The notes: generated by a model from the letters alone, not told the origin. DNA of 64,000 nt from Candidatus Doudnabacteria bacterium (GCA_963840645.1 CAWIZL010000004.1:395470-459469), one strand, 5' to 3'; positions 1 to 9,905 are shown, counted from the stretch's first letter. Made by a program: numbers and translations.

Positions 1-343
1 TCGTGATGCGCCTGTGTCCGCCCTCGTGGCAGATGACGAAGCGCAGGTAGTCCATTGATTTTTCCAGTAGATCCTGGGGATCGATCCTGATGATGTTTTC
101 CTTGAAATCCCAGTGCCAGCCCTGGCCGGGCTCGTTCAGCTCTACGGGAATGCGGAAGTCCTTGCCGATGAAGTACGCCAGCGAAGAGAGCACCTGCTGC
201 TTGCGTTTAATTTCGGCCTGCTGCTCGGGGGTGAACTGGGCGAGAATATCCCTTTCTTTGTTACCCCTCAGCGCGTGGAAGGCCTGCTCTGGCTGCGCTG
301 CAACCGCTGTTTCTATGGGAGATGTATTTTCAGGATTGCGCAT
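1..343 (-). CDS. HExxH-motif metallopeptidase-like protein, N-terminal part (gene continues past left edge)
   Basis: Minus-strand ATG at 343-341. Own translation MRNPENTSPIETAVAAQPEQAFHALRGNKERDILAQFTPEQQAEIKRKQQ...MDYLRFVICHEGGHRRIT stays open to the window edge and contains HEGGH. Not in the ORF track because there is no stop in the window. Confidence 0.55.
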   Translation of the reverse strand, partial: MRNPENTSPIETAVAAQPEQAFHALRGNKERDILAQFTPEQQAEIKRKQQVLSSLAYFIGKDFRIPVELNEPGQGWHWDFKENIIRIDPQDLLEKSMDYLRFVICHEGGHRRIT

Positions 344-398
344 AAATATGCTTACATGGTAGCAGAATTACAGAATGTTTTCCATTTATGTTATGCGA

Positions 399-592
399 GA
401 CATCCAATCAGCTTCACCCTCACCCACATGGGAAAGTGTTTGCTCAACGGGGCACGATCCCGCAACCTTCCGCGCCACAGGCGGACGCTCTACCAGTTGA
501 GCTACACCCACCACGAGTGTATGAACCAAGAAACAAAAAACTCTCACACAGAAAAAGTGAAGAGCTTCGGTAACGCCCGCTGTGTCAGGCGC
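399..592. repeat. 194-bp direct repeat, left copy (partner 10978..11171)
   Basis: By-eye alignment: 449..592 is identical to 11028..11171 (about 144 bp). 399..448 differs at 7 positions (G/A, CTCAC/TGTAG, C/G). Confidence 0.9.
447..512 (-). pseudogene. tRNA-His(GTG)-like fragment lacking a 3' acceptor strand
   Basis: Reverse complement GGTGGGTGTAGCTCAACTGGTAGAGCGTCCGCCTGTGGCGCGGAAGGTTGCGGGATCGTGCCCCGT. It has G-1, acceptor 5' strand, canonical D arm and an anticodon arm with GTG. The T loop is ATCGTGC (non-canonical) and no CACCCAC(C)CCA follows. Confidence 0.45.
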
Positions 593-651
593 AGTCCTTA
601 TTGAACTACTTAATAATACTACCCAATTTATACGCGTCCGTCAACCACGAT

Positions 652-680
652 TTGACAAGAATCCTAGCCTATGTTACGAT
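652..680 (+). promoter_or_regulatory. sigma70-like promoter of the ABC exporter leader
   Basis: TTGACA (652-657), 17-nt spacer, TACGAT (675-680). Confidence 0.55.
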
Positions 681-686
681 ACTAAC

Positions 687-886
687 AATATTTCCATTAA
701 CTGGGGAAGCCCAGAGAAAGACGGCTGACCGCTAGGATATGTCTTTGCGATTGGTTGCACTTTCTCCCCGGCCTCTGCCGGCAAGCATAATGGCCTAGGC
801 TAGGAACGCCTACCACACCTTGCCCCCAGCAGCCGCGGCGAAAGCCTCGGCTGTTTTTTGTTCTTTGAAAATTTGAAGGAGATGGA
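687..886 (+). promoter_or_regulatory. ~200-nt 5' leader ending in an intrinsic terminator (candidate riboswitch or attenuator)
   Basis: Lies between the promoter and the SD/ATG of the ABC exporter. Terminator at 830-859. CGGCTG at 722-727 repeats the terminator 3' arm and could pair with its 5' arm CAGCCG as an antiterminator. Confidence 0.4.
830..859 (+). terminator. intrinsic terminator inside the leader
   Basis: CAGCCGCGGC-GAAA-GCCTCGGCTG stem with a GNRA loop followed by TTTTTT, 27 nt before the ATG at 887. Confidence 0.7.
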
Positions 887-2647
887 ATGTTCAAAACGTA
901 CGCACAGCTGGCTGAACTGCTCAAGCCATTCCGAAAAAAATTCTACCTGTTCCTGCTCATCGTGCTCGTGTACGAAGCAGCGCAGGTGGTCAACAGCTAC
1001 ATCCTCACCGGCGCAATCCGCATGTACCAGAACAGCGCCAGCACGTGGGTGTGGGTCGGCTTCTTCGTAGCGCTAGAGGTTTTCGACACGCTCTTCCGCC
1101 TCAACGATGGGTTGCTCGACTGGCACATTGTCTCAAAGCTCCTGTTCCCGATTGCCAAGCACGTCGACATGCTCGTGCTGAAGGTCTTTTTGTCACAGGA
1201 TGCCGCATGGCACCAGCGCAACAACAGCGGCGTGCTCATCGGCAAAGCGGACAACGGCAAGCGCAAAGTAGAAGAGGTTGCCGACATGATGGCGTGGGAG
1301 TTCATCCCCACGTCCATGCAGGCAATCCTGACCCTGCCGCCGCTCCTGTACTTCTCACCGCTCATCGCGGGCATCACCCTAGCTTCGCTCGCCCTGTTCA
1401 TTGCAGTCACAAAAAGGGGCGAAGACTTCCGCCTGCCCATGCGGGTAGAGCGGCACAACCTGTACGAGGAACTGTGGCAGAGCACAGAGGAAGCGGTCAA
1501 GGCACACGAGACCCTCTCTATCTACGGCCAGGTTGACCGAACCATAGCAGAGCACGATGCAACCAACGACCGCATCACCGAAATTGGCAATACAGAAGCA
1601 CGCAAGACAATCTTTCGGTACAACGCAATCCGCAGCGCTGTCATACAGAACACGAGCAGGCTCGTCCTGGGTGTGCTCATGTGGCAGGTCTACCACAAGA
1701 CCATAACGGTCGCCGAGGTATTCTTCGTGTACACGCTCAGTGAACGACTGCTCGGCTCGTTCTGGCGGTTCGCCAGGATGATTCGACGGGTCGGCGAGTG
1801 CAGCGAGGGCATCAACAGGCTGCACAGGCTCAGCAAAGAGCAACCAGAAATTGTCGATGGGCCAGAAACTCGGCACAACCTCGTCGTCCCGCGTCACCTG
1901 ACCGTCGAGTTCAGAGACGTCACGTTCTGCTACCCGGGCATCGCCAGGGAAGCAATCAGCAACGTGAGCCTGGTGGTGAACGATGGCGAGCAGGTTGCCA
2001 TTGTTGGCCCATCAGGCTCAGGCAAGACCACGCTGAGGAGGTTACTGCTCCGCCTCTTTGAGGTTACGAGCGGTGAAATTCTCATCGGCGGCATACCCAT
2101 TAAGCAGTGGCCGCTCGAAACGCTCAGGTCGCTGTTCGCGTACGTGCCGCAGGGGGACGAGGTGTTCATATTCGATAGCGATATCGAGCAGAACATTCGG
2201 CTCTCACGGCCAGAGGCAACCGAAGCAGAGGTTGCCGTGGCGGCTCGGCAGGCTGGCCTCAGCCAGTTCATAGAGTCGCTGCCAGACGGCTACAAAACAA
2301 AAGTCGGCGAGAAGGGCATGAAGCTATCTGGGGGCCAGAAGCAGCGCATGGCTCTCGCGCGTGCAATCGTCAGCGGCAGGAGGTTCCTGATTCTGGACGA
2401 GGCAACCAGCTCTGTAGATGCCTTAACAGAACAGGAAATACAGCACGAACTCAAGGAGGTTCTCAAGGGGGTAACGTCTATCGTCATCGCCCACCGCATG
2501 CCCACCATCTGGGGTGCGGACAAAATTGTGGTCATGAACAACGGCGGCAAGGAAGCAGAGGGCACGCACCACGTGCTCATGACCGAGACCGACGGCATCT
2601 ACCACAGGATGGTCAGCTTACAAACCATCCACGAACATCTAACGTAG
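887..2647 (+). CDS. ABC transporter, fused permease/ATPase (exporter type)
   Basis: 586 aa. The N-terminal half is hydrophobic. Walker A GPSGSGKTT, signature LSGGQKQR, Walker B FLILDEATSSVD. SD GAAGGAG upstream. Confidence 0.92.
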   Translation: MFKTYAQLAELLKPFRKKFYLFLLIVLVYEAAQVVNSYILTGAIRMYQNSASTWVWVGFFVALEVFDTLFRLNDGLLDWHIVSKLLFPIAKHVDMLVLKVFLSQDAAWHQRNNSGVLIGKADNGKRKVEEVADMMAWEFIPTSMQAILTLPPLLYFSPLIAGITLASLALFIAVTKRGEDFRLPMRVERHNLYEELWQSTEEAVKAHETLSIYGQVDRTIAEHDATNDRITEIGNTEARKTIFRYNAIRSAVIQNTSRLVLGVLMWQVYHKTITVAEVFFVYTLSERLLGSFWRFARMIRRVGECSEGINRLHRLSKEQPEIVDGPETRHNLVVPRHLTVEFRDVTFCYPGIAREAISNVSLVVNDGEQVAIVGPSGSGKTTLRRLLLRLFEVTSGEILIGGIPIKQWPLETLRSLFAYVPQGDEVFIFDSDIEQNIRLSRPEATEAEVAVAARQAGLSQFIESLPDGYKTKVGEKGMKLSGGQKQRMALARAIVSGRRFLILDEATSSVDALTEQEIQHELKEVLKGVTSIVIAHRMPTIWGADKIVVMNNGGKEAEGTHHVLMTETDGIYHRMVSLQTIHEHLT

Positions 2648-2669
2648 CAAACGCTCAGCGCATTCTACA

Positions 2670-2697
2670 GGCGGCTCTCACCAGGGCCGCCTTTTTT
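2670..2697 (+). terminator. intrinsic terminator after the ABC exporter
   Basis: GGCGGCT...GGCCGCC stem followed by TTTTTT. Confidence 0.7.
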
Positions 2698-2898
2698 AAT
2701 ACCAGGCTCGTAAAGAACACCTTTGATTCTCCGCGTGCCAGATGAGACAGCTTCTTCTTTCACAACCTTGAACTCTCAGCACAGGGCTCTCAAGTTTGTC
2801 ACCGAAGCATCTGGAAACGGGGTCATGATCTCATGGCTCCAAGCGCTACCGATAGCGAGCTCTCTGAAACATAAGGCATTTGCCATAACAAAATAAAA

Positions 2899-3441
2899 CT
2901 ACCTGTTTACAAAAACCCCGTCCTCTTCCCGAAGAAAGAAGACGGGTTGGCTTGACCACTTCTCGATGCCGAGCAGCGCCCCGTACATCATGTACAGGAG
3001 AGGCCAGAGCGGGAACGTCATCACGATGCTGCCCGTGAAAGCTATGAGGTCGTACACATCGCTGAACCACGCTTTGGCCTGAGCCTTACGCAGCTCGAGC
3101 TGGGTTACGCGGTGGGTGTCGATGGCGGCGATGCGCTCCTCAGGCTTGAACTCTCGGGGAGCACTCCCGATGCTCGCCATCCAGCCCTGGGAGAACCCGT
3201 GCCGCTCCTGGGCTCTGCGGATCCTGTAGTTGAAGTACTTCTCCAGCACCCACGAGACGTGGAATATTGCCACGCCCATGAACATGGGGATCAGCGACCA
3301 CTCTGGCACAAGCCCTCGCTCGTTGCCGTGGGGGTCGTGCAGGATTGCACGGGCGTGCGGAATGGCAGCCCGCAGCCAGATGCAGCACAGCAAAACAAAA
3401 ACCGCTACGTACAGGTACAGCCGAAGCTTCTTGACGTTCAT
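2899..3441 (-). CDS. membrane protein, unknown function
   Basis: ORF 2899..3465 trimmed to MNVKKLRLYLYVAVFVLLCC... with SD AGGAGGAG immediately upstream. Several hydrophobic segments. Confidence 0.6.
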   Translation of the reverse strand: MNVKKLRLYLYVAVFVLLCCIWLRAAIPHARAILHDPHGNERGLVPEWSLIPMFMGVAIFHVSWVLEKYFNYRIRRAQERHGFSQGWMASIGSAPREFKPEERIAAIDTHRVTQLELRKAQAKAWFSDVYDLIAFTGSIVMTFPLWPLLYMMYGALLGIEKWSSQPVFFLREEDGVFVNR

Positions 3442-3456
3442 ACTCCTCCTTTTTTC

Positions 3457-3520
3457 TCTCACCACAGCAAACCATCGAGTGATTTTCTAAGGTGAAGGCT
3501 CGGATGGTTTCATCCGAGCC
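3457..3520 (-). promoter_or_regulatory. conserved intergenic hairpin motif, copy L1, plus adjacent GC hairpin
   Basis: tctcaccacagcaaaccatcgagtgattttctaaggtgaag aligns with the four copies at 43.7-45.4 kb. The GC hairpin gctcggatg...catccgagc lies at 3498-3520. Confidence 0.6.
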
Positions 3521-3559
3521 GTAAGTTGGGCATGCGCATTCTGCGCATGCGGTTGGAGG

Positions 3560-4955
3560 CTACCTCTGAGAGAGGTTCGCGAGGCGGTCGAGGTACGGCT
3601 TTGCCTCGTCGCCGAAGACAGCCTTGACCCTTGCCTCGAAGCCCTCGCGGAACTTCCCGCTGGCTCGGGCAATGGCGGAACGCAGGCTGTAGCCGAGCCT
3701 CCTTGCTGTAGTAGCCGAAGTCAGCCTTGAGGAACTTCTCCCACGGGCCGTTGGTGAACTTCCCGTTGAGCTGGTCCCGCATCTCGAGTGCCTTGATCGC
3801 CCACTCGAGCTGCTCGCGCTGCGAGAGGTCTGCCCAGGTCTTCTTGGCGCGGCGGGGGCTCCTCGGTTGTGCCTGAGCCGTGTGCGGTGGCTCGGGAGAT
3901 GCCTGCGCCTGTGGAGCATGGCCGTTGGCTATGCTTGTTCCCCGCGCTGCATCGAGCAGGGCGCGGAATGTGCTGAGCTGCTGGCTGTCGGCCAAGAGCT
4001 GGGTGTACTCGGCTTGTATATCGCCGCCCAGCACCCTGACGAGTTCGTTGAGTCTTGAGGTATTCTCCATCTTCGTTTCACTTCCTTTCGTTGCGGGTTG
4101 AACTGCGATTGGTTGAACTGCTGTACCAACGGGTGGCACGCTGACCTCAGCGAATGCCGTCGCGTTGGCAAAGAAAAGTTTGCTGCCCACCCACGCTTGC
4201 GCGAAGGCGAGCTCTGAGCAGCTCGGTGTTTGCTGTCCGAAGTGGAAGAAGTACGTTCGCATTCGGAAGGGCTGGCGCTTGTAGCGGCTGACGTAGATGT
4301 ACCTTTCGATTAAGACAGGCACCCACGGCAGCTGCTGAACGCGCAGGAGCTCGGCCATCTCGATGAGCAGGCCGAACTCGCGCTTGGCAGCCTTGGCCGC
4401 ATCAAAGGGCTTGAAGAAAGCCGAGGCATCCTGCCTGACGGGCACACAGCGCTGTTGGGCTACGAGTTGGTCGTACAGGGTGCTTGCCTGTGAGCCGAAC
4501 AGCCGCTTGCCCCGCGCTCGGAAGCTCGGCCACTGCTCGAGCACCAGGTTGCGCCGCTGGTCTGCAACCGTGATTGCCAGGCAGCAGCCAGTGCTCTTCA
4601 GTACGAGCGGGAGCACGGGTGAGAAGTTCTGAATAGCCGCGTTGCTCATGGTTCCACACAAGTCGAGGTGGAAGCCGTCAATGTACGCCCGCGCTTCGCC
4701 GTGTCCAGCGAGGATGCGGTCGAAGGTTCGGAGTTGGTTGTGCGTGCCGTAGCGGTGGGTAGATATGAGATCGCCCGCCCGCTGCCTGTTGCGCTCGATG
4801 AGCCAGCCGTGCTCTGTGGGAACGTTGAGTTCCGACCAGAGCTTGGCTTCTAGGCCTCGTCCGCCCAAGGTCGCAAGCTGCGCCTGCCCGATGGGAACGT
4901 ACCGCGACAGGAACGATAGGAAAAGTCGAATTACCTGCTCTTTAGTAGCCTCCAT
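3560..4955 (-). pseudogene. hypothetical protein, apparent frameshift near 3695-3712
   Basis: The 481-aa ORF reads MEATKEQVIRLFLSFLSRYVPIG.... After ...ADFGYYSKE a plausible C-terminus (RLGYSLRSAIARASGKFREGFEARVKAVFGDEAKPYLDRLANLSQR*) continues in the frame of ORF 3560..3919. Confidence 0.5.
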
Positions 4956-5066
4956 AAGGCCTCCTGATAGATTTGAAAAAACATTTCCGCAGAGAAAAAT
5001 TTCTCAACAGAACTATCAATTGTAATAGTAAATCATCTTTTTGTCAAGTCGAGAAATAAGGCGAAA

Positions 5067-5095
5067 TTGACATAATTGATTAAAAAACCTATAAT
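5067..5095 (+). promoter_or_regulatory. sigma70-like promoter
   Basis: TTGACA, 17 nt, TATAAT, 26 nt upstream of the ATG at 5121. Confidence 0.65.
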
Positions 5096-5120
5096 ACTGT
5101 GAATCCTGAGGAGGGTTGAA

Positions 5121-5882
5121 ATGGAACCGCAAAAGAAATCGCCCGCACTACCACTCGAAACTTTACAAAAGGTTGTTGAGCTGCGTAACACGCGAGAGAT
5201 TTCTCGCGCAGTTCAATACACCGAAGAAGAGCTGGCAACGCACCTGCAGCTCGGAACAACGGACACCGAATCCAAACAGCTGCTCATCGAGACCCTGCTG
5301 AGGCTCATCAAGGACATTGGCCTTGGACAGGACAACGTAGAGCTATCGGCAGCAATCGATGCACTGCTGGAAACCGTAGAGCATCTCGACCGCGCCGCTC
5401 TCGACTTGGTAGCTGGCGCAGAAGCGCAGGCTGCTGAACTTGCCGAGGAGCTCACGCATGTGGAGCCACGATCAGAGCAGTCTCTCAATCTAACGCTCGA
5501 CCAGATCTGCACCGAACTCCGCCGCCGCGAGCAGTGGAGCGATGCAGTCAGGAACGTCCAGGAGCACCTGGAAAACGAGCGGGATACGAAACGGGAGAGA
5601 CTGTCCGTGACGACCCAGCTTCTCAACCTCGATGCATGTGAGGATGAGCAGGCGGCTAGAGCAGAGAAAGGCCGTCTGGAAGCAGAGCTCGCCAGCGAAG
5701 AAGGCGTGATCACGAGCATTGTCACAATGCTCGCCGAGAACGACCAGGAGATCGGTACGCTGCTCTCGTACCGACAGGCCATCAAGCTGGTGGCGGCTGG
5801 TTTCCCAACCACCCTCATCGGCAAGCCGTTCCGCTACTTCAACAACTTCGGCGATAAAAATAACCCCACGACCAGTACTTGA
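5121..5882 (+). CDS. acidic coiled-coil-like hypothetical protein
   Basis: 253-aa ORF with SD GAGGAGGG and a strong promoter upstream. Confidence 0.6.
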   Translation: MEPQKKSPALPLETLQKVVELRNTREISRAVQYTEEELATHLQLGTTDTESKQLLIETLLRLIKDIGLGQDNVELSAAIDALLETVEHLDRAALDLVAGAEAQAAELAEELTHVEPRSEQSLNLTLDQICTELRRREQWSDAVRNVQEHLENERDTKRERLSVTTQLLNLDACEDEQAARAEKGRLEAELASEEGVITSIVTMLAENDQEIGTLLSYRQAIKLVAAGFPTTLIGKPFRYFNNFGDKNNPTTST

Positions 5883-5915
5883 TCGTGGGGTTCTTTGTTT
5901 GACTTCAGAGCGTTG

Positions 5916-7427
5916 CTACTTGAGGAATTCGCCCCTGACCTCGTTGGCGAACATCATTGCCTGGTAGCGGTCAGAGGGGAACTTGCTCGCGCCGATTGCC
6001 ATGAGCACCTGGACGAAGCAGTGTTCGCGCCGGGCGACCTTCTGGTCGGGCAGTGCCTTGTACCCCCCCCTCACATTCACGAAGATCATCTTCGGATTGT
6101 TGGGGCTGACCTGGGCAAAGACGTATGGGTGGAGCGTCTGGCCGCGGTAGAGGTAGAAGACCTCGTCGCGGACGCGGATGGCGATGTGCCGCCGGTACTG
6201 CCGTTCAGGGTCGGGTTCTCCCTTCTCGCCGCCGTCATCCTTACCGCCAGGTTCGGCGGGTTTCGGATCGCGGGGCTTGCGGGGCTCGCCACCCTTGTCA
6301 CCATCATCGATGATGAGGCCGAACCGTTCGTTGAACAGCTCTGCAAGCTCGTCCAAGGTTTCCGCAGCACTACCGTTGATCGAGTCCCGCTCGATGAGCT
6401 GCTTTGCCTGTGATGCGACGTCCCTGATGAGGAACATCAGCAGGCGCTGCCACTCCTTGTTGCCCTTGCGGGTGAACTCCTTGGCGAGCGTGCTACGCGC
6501 GGTGTTCTGGTGTCGGAGCAGCCCTGGTGCGAAGATGTCCCCGACGAGATCGGGGTACCACAACGGATCGGGGAGCAGCCTGCCAAGCTTCTGGCAGCTC
6601 GCCACCCGAAACCCTGTCTCATCGTCGCACAGCCAGATGCCGTCGCTGTCGGTGTTGCCCGCGGCGAGGCGGGCACGGTAGCGCCCGTCGGTTGATGACA
6701 GGTTGATCTCCTTCTCGAGCGGGGGCGGCTGCATTGCCTTGCCACCGATCGTGAGATCGAACATCTTGTCCTGCTCGCGCGGGAGGAGCCACTTGATTGC
6801 CTCGTAGATCTCGGCGTGGCTCTTGAAGATGGGGGTCGGGATGACGATCGCCGTGAATGGTCCCTGGAGGTTCTTGAGAAGCCCATTTCGGTGGATGTCG
6901 CTGAGATGAAGCGCTCGGTGTCGAAGCCCTGCTCCGTCTCTGCCTTCTCGGGGATGACGGGCACGAAGCGGACGTTGCCCGTCTTCGACGTGCGGGTGAG
7001 CAGGTAGTAGCCGTTCTTGATGCGGGTCATGACATCGTCGTGCAGGCAGTTCTCGTTGAGAGCGAGCGCCGCCAGTCGGCCGATGCCCTTCTGGGATGCG
7101 CCGCCGTACGATCCGTTCACGTGATTGCGGAGCTGGCTCAGCGGTGTGCCGAGCCAGTTGAAGTAGCGCTCGAGCGCTGGATCGGTCAGGCCGCAGCCGT
7201 GGTCCGAGCACGACGAGTGCCGGGCTCTTGCTGGGCGAGAGCGGGTGGTTGGGAACGAGCGACAGCTCGATCTTCGCCCGCTTGGGTTCCCAAACGTTGG
7301 GGTTGGCCATGCTGGCGACGACTGAGTTGCGCACCAGCTCCATGAGTCGCTGCCCGACGCTCTCGTAGAGGCCAGTGGCGAGGTTGTCGACCATGTGGAA
7401 CGCGGTAACCTTCATCTGGAATTTCAT
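5916..7427 (-). pseudogene. GHKL (HATPase_c-like) ATP-binding protein with two compensating frameshifts
   Basis: The N-terminal and C-terminal parts read in the 503-aa ORF frame. The segment ~6900-7205 only makes sense in the frame of ORF 6437..7120: DHGCGLTDPALERYFNWLGTPLSQLRNHVNGSYGGASQKGIGRLAALAL, which contains the DxGxG and GxxGxG boxes. Confidence 0.7.
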
Positions 7428-8125
7428 GACTTTGCCTTTCCCTTTCTCTTGCGACGTGGCAGTCCTATGTCTGAGAGGTCTTCTCTCGTCACAGGCTGGT
7501 TGCGAGCCGCGTTCGGCTCTGGGAAAACTACGGTGATGGCAAACGCGTCGCAGATTTTCTGCAGCGCACCGCGGATTTGCATCCGATCGCCATCGTAGAC
7601 ATCTGCTGGTGCTACGCCAGACTCAACAATCAGCCCGACGAGCGAGTTGAATAGAGATATGGTGTGGTCAATGAGCTTGCGGATGACCCCTGATCCAGGA
7701 CGATTGGTTGGTAGTTCAGCAACTGATATTTCTACAGCTGCAAGTGCCCTGCATGAATCATGCTCGTCACCGTTCTTGGGTTGTTGTTGGATTTCGATCT
7801 CCAGGAACGTGGCGTCCCCCAGTGCTTTGAGGGTGCGGAGCACGAGCTGGATATCTTTTTCCAACATAGGTGATTTACCAGACAGCCAGTGCCGTGCTTC
7901 GTGGAAGGATTCGCCCCTCATGTTTAGGTAGTGGCGGCAGAAGAAGCGAACCGCGTTGCGGGTTGCGCCACTTTCCGTGGGACTCTTGCTGGTGATGGCC
8001 GCCTCAAGCTGATCGAGCATCTTCGAGAAATCCCAACTCAGGGTTTCCTCATTGAGCTCGCTAGCTATGGACTGCTTGGCTCGTTCGTACGTATCCGATT
8101 GGCTTTGCGTGAGCTCTGAAGCCAT
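7424..8125 (-). CDS. hypothetical protein, upstream partner of the GHKL ATPase
   Basis: ORF 7424..8227 trimmed to MASELTQSQSDTYERAKQ... with SD AGGAGG. Its stop overlaps the GHKL start by 4 nt. Confidence 0.6.
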   Translation of the reverse strand: MASELTQSQSDTYERAKQSIASELNEETLSWDFSKMLDQLEAAITSKSPTESGATRNAVRFFCRHYLNMRGESFHEARHWLSGKSPMLEKDIQLVLRTLKALGDATFLEIEIQQQPKNGDEHDSCRALAAVEISVAELPTNRPGSGVIRKLIDHTISLFNSLVGLIVESGVAPADVYDGDRMQIRGALQKICDAFAITVVFPEPNAARNQPVTREDLSDIGLPRRKRKGKAKS

Positions 8126-8206
8126 GTAAAAACCTCCTCTAAAATTGGGAAACTGCATTCTCGACTTTCTTCGGGGTACAGCTAGGTATTGCCAGAAGAA
8201 TTCAGA

Positions 8207-8235
8207 ATTATATGGTATATTTGACAAAATGTCAA
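8207..8235 (-). promoter_or_regulatory. sigma70-like promoter of the two-gene operon
   Basis: Minus strand reads TTGACA, 17 nt, TATAAT. Confidence 0.65.
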
Positions 8236-8299
8236 CTATTTTTCGGGCATGAAAAAGCCACGGATTCCCATTAAATCCGTGGCTGTGGTTGAGCGAGGG

Positions 8300-9154
8300 C
8301 TACTTCTTGGGTGCCCGTGCCCCCTTGATGAGGCTGTCGAGGTTATCGAGCGCCCCCTGGAGACGCGAGACTTCTCCCTGAAGCTCCTTGTTTTGAGCGG
8401 CGAGAGCGGTATTCTTGCCAGTCAGATCTGCCATTTTGTCGACCAGCTCCCGAAGGCCAGCAATTTCCTCTTCTTTGGCCGTAAGTGCCAGCTGGAGCTT
8501 GTCCCGCTGCTCTATGACACCCCGCATCCGATCGCTGATCCTGAGGACGGCATCCTGAGCCTCGGCGAAAGCAATGCCGAAGCTATCAAGAGCTGTGAGC
8601 GCAGAATCGAGCTCTTCCGATTCCTCGGATTCGCCCTTCGGATCTCCCTGATCGGCAGTTGGCGTAGGCACTTCATTTTCTTGAAGTGCCACAGGTTGGA
8701 GCCTGGCATCAACCGTATCACTACGGTGCTGGTACTGAGCTGCGCCGTTGAGTACGGGGTGGAGACCGTTACCGTTTGCTTCCACAGGTGGTGCCGTGGT
8801 TTGCGCGGCTCCATTGCGGATGTCGGCCAGGGCGCCGATGATGTCCTTCACCTCGCCTATGGTCAGCGCTTGGTTCGGGCAGCAGGCACCTGCCTGCTTA
8901 GCGGCACGCCGCATGTTGGAGAGGGTGCCGTGGTTGGTAGCAACCATGGTCAGGACAACCCCGACCCTGGCAGAGACCTGCGATTCAGGCACCTGCGCAC
9001 GGAACTCACCCCTGATCCATTCGCCGCCACGGTTCATGGTTTCGATGAGCGACTTGACCTGGTTGAGGCCGCGGAAGTCGTCTGGCCCTACGACCAGGAC
9101 AACTTTTTCTTTCGGAAGCGTCTTTGGCAGCTGATTGAGAATGCCTTCTCTCAT
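8300..9154 (-). CDS. hypothetical protein with C-terminal coiled coil
   Basis: ORF 8300..9184 trimmed to MREGILNQLPKTL... with SD AAGGAGGAG. The C-terminus is heptad-like (LTAKEEEIAGLRELVDKMADLTGKNTALAAQNKELQGEVSRLQ). Confidence 0.6.
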   Translation of the reverse strand: MREGILNQLPKTLPKEKVVLVVGPDDFRGLNQVKSLIETMNRGGEWIRGEFRAQVPESQVSARVGVVLTMVATNHGTLSNMRRAAKQAGACCPNQALTIGEVKDIIGALADIRNGAAQTTAPPVEANGNGLHPVLNGAAQYQHRSDTVDARLQPVALQENEVPTPTADQGDPKGESEESEELDSALTALDSFGIAFAEAQDAVLRISDRMRGVIEQRDKLQLALTAKEEEIAGLRELVDKMADLTGKNTALAAQNKELQGEVSRLQGALDNLDSLIKGARAPKK

Positions 9155-9190
9155 AGCTCCTCCTTTTCGTGGTGTAAACACCAACGTAAT

Positions 9191-9219
9191 AATTTACCTC
9201 ATATTTGGTATTTTGTCAA
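9191..9219 (-). promoter_or_regulatory. sigma70-like promoter
   Basis: Minus strand reads TTGACA, 17 nt, TAAATT. Confidence 0.55.
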
Positions 9220-9315
9220 GTCCATGACTAGACTTTCTCGCGACTTCTTGTTATACTGGTGTGCTTCTTGGGCTGCCTACGGCAAATACCACCCAGAGCG
9301 TGCAGGAGGAAAATC

Positions 9316-9852
9316 GTGAACAGTTTCATGGAGTGGCTCGCCGACGAGGCAAAGGGCTTTAAGGCTGTCCTCGGGTACGTTGTCTTTGCGGCTCTCGTCG
9401 TCATATCTCTCGACTACGCAGTAGACTCTGCCCTCATCAACTTGGGCTTGGCGCCGTCGCCACCGCTCCCAGCGGTCGGGGACACCCCGTTCAGGTACTA
9501 CAACGCGATGATGTTCGCCACCATGTTTCTGTGGGGCCCCATCAAGGAAGAGGTTATCTTCCGCGTGCTGCCCCTGTCAGTGGTGGTCTCGTTCATTTCG
9601 AGGAAGCCAGCGTACGTGTTCGGGGCAATGGCTGCCTGCGCAGGAATTTTTGGCGCCATACACCCGTACGGATTGGCCGGGAAGACGCAGGTTGCCATTG
9701 CTGGCTTCTTCTTTGGCCTCGTGTTTCTGAAGTGCGGAGGTATGAGCAAGTCATTCGTAAAGGCTTCGGCCTGCGCGATGGCAGCCCATGGCCTGTCGAA
9801 CCTGTTCACCGTCATAGACGCGTGGTGGGACTACTTCGCCTTGGTGAAGTAG
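9316..9852 (+). CDS. CPBP (CAAX/Abi) family intramembrane glutamic endopeptidase
   Basis: Motifs EEVIFR (EExxxR), FGAIH (FxxxH) and HGLSN (HxxxN) in a multi-TM protein. GTG start 5 nt after GGAGGA; the ATG at 9328 is an alternative. Confidence 0.8.
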   Translation: MNSFMEWLADEAKGFKAVLGYVVFAALVVISLDYAVDSALINLGLAPSPPLPAVGDTPFRYYNAMMFATMFLWGPIKEEVIFRVLPLSVVVSFISRKPAYVFGAMAACAGIFGAIHPYGLAGKTQVAIAGFFFGLVFLKCGGMSKSFVKASACAMAAHGLSNLFTVIDAWWDYFALVK

Positions 9853-9905
9853 TCCCCTGGAGCATTAGTGTGCTGTTAGACATCAAAGATTGAAAAAGGA
9901 GGCAC

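Noticed and set aside
997-2598. Several 100-170-aa ORFs antisense or out of frame within the ABC exporter gene (997..1500, 1379..1897, 1930..2271, 2290..2598)
   Set aside because: They lie fully inside a gene with unambiguous ABC motifs. Their composition is Arg/Ser/Ala-rich shadow-frame type, and they have no SD.
8249-9319. 356-aa plus-strand ORF
   Set aside because: Antisense to 8300..9154, which has a promoter, an SD and a coiled-coil-like sequence. The plus-strand product is low-complexity and has no start signals.
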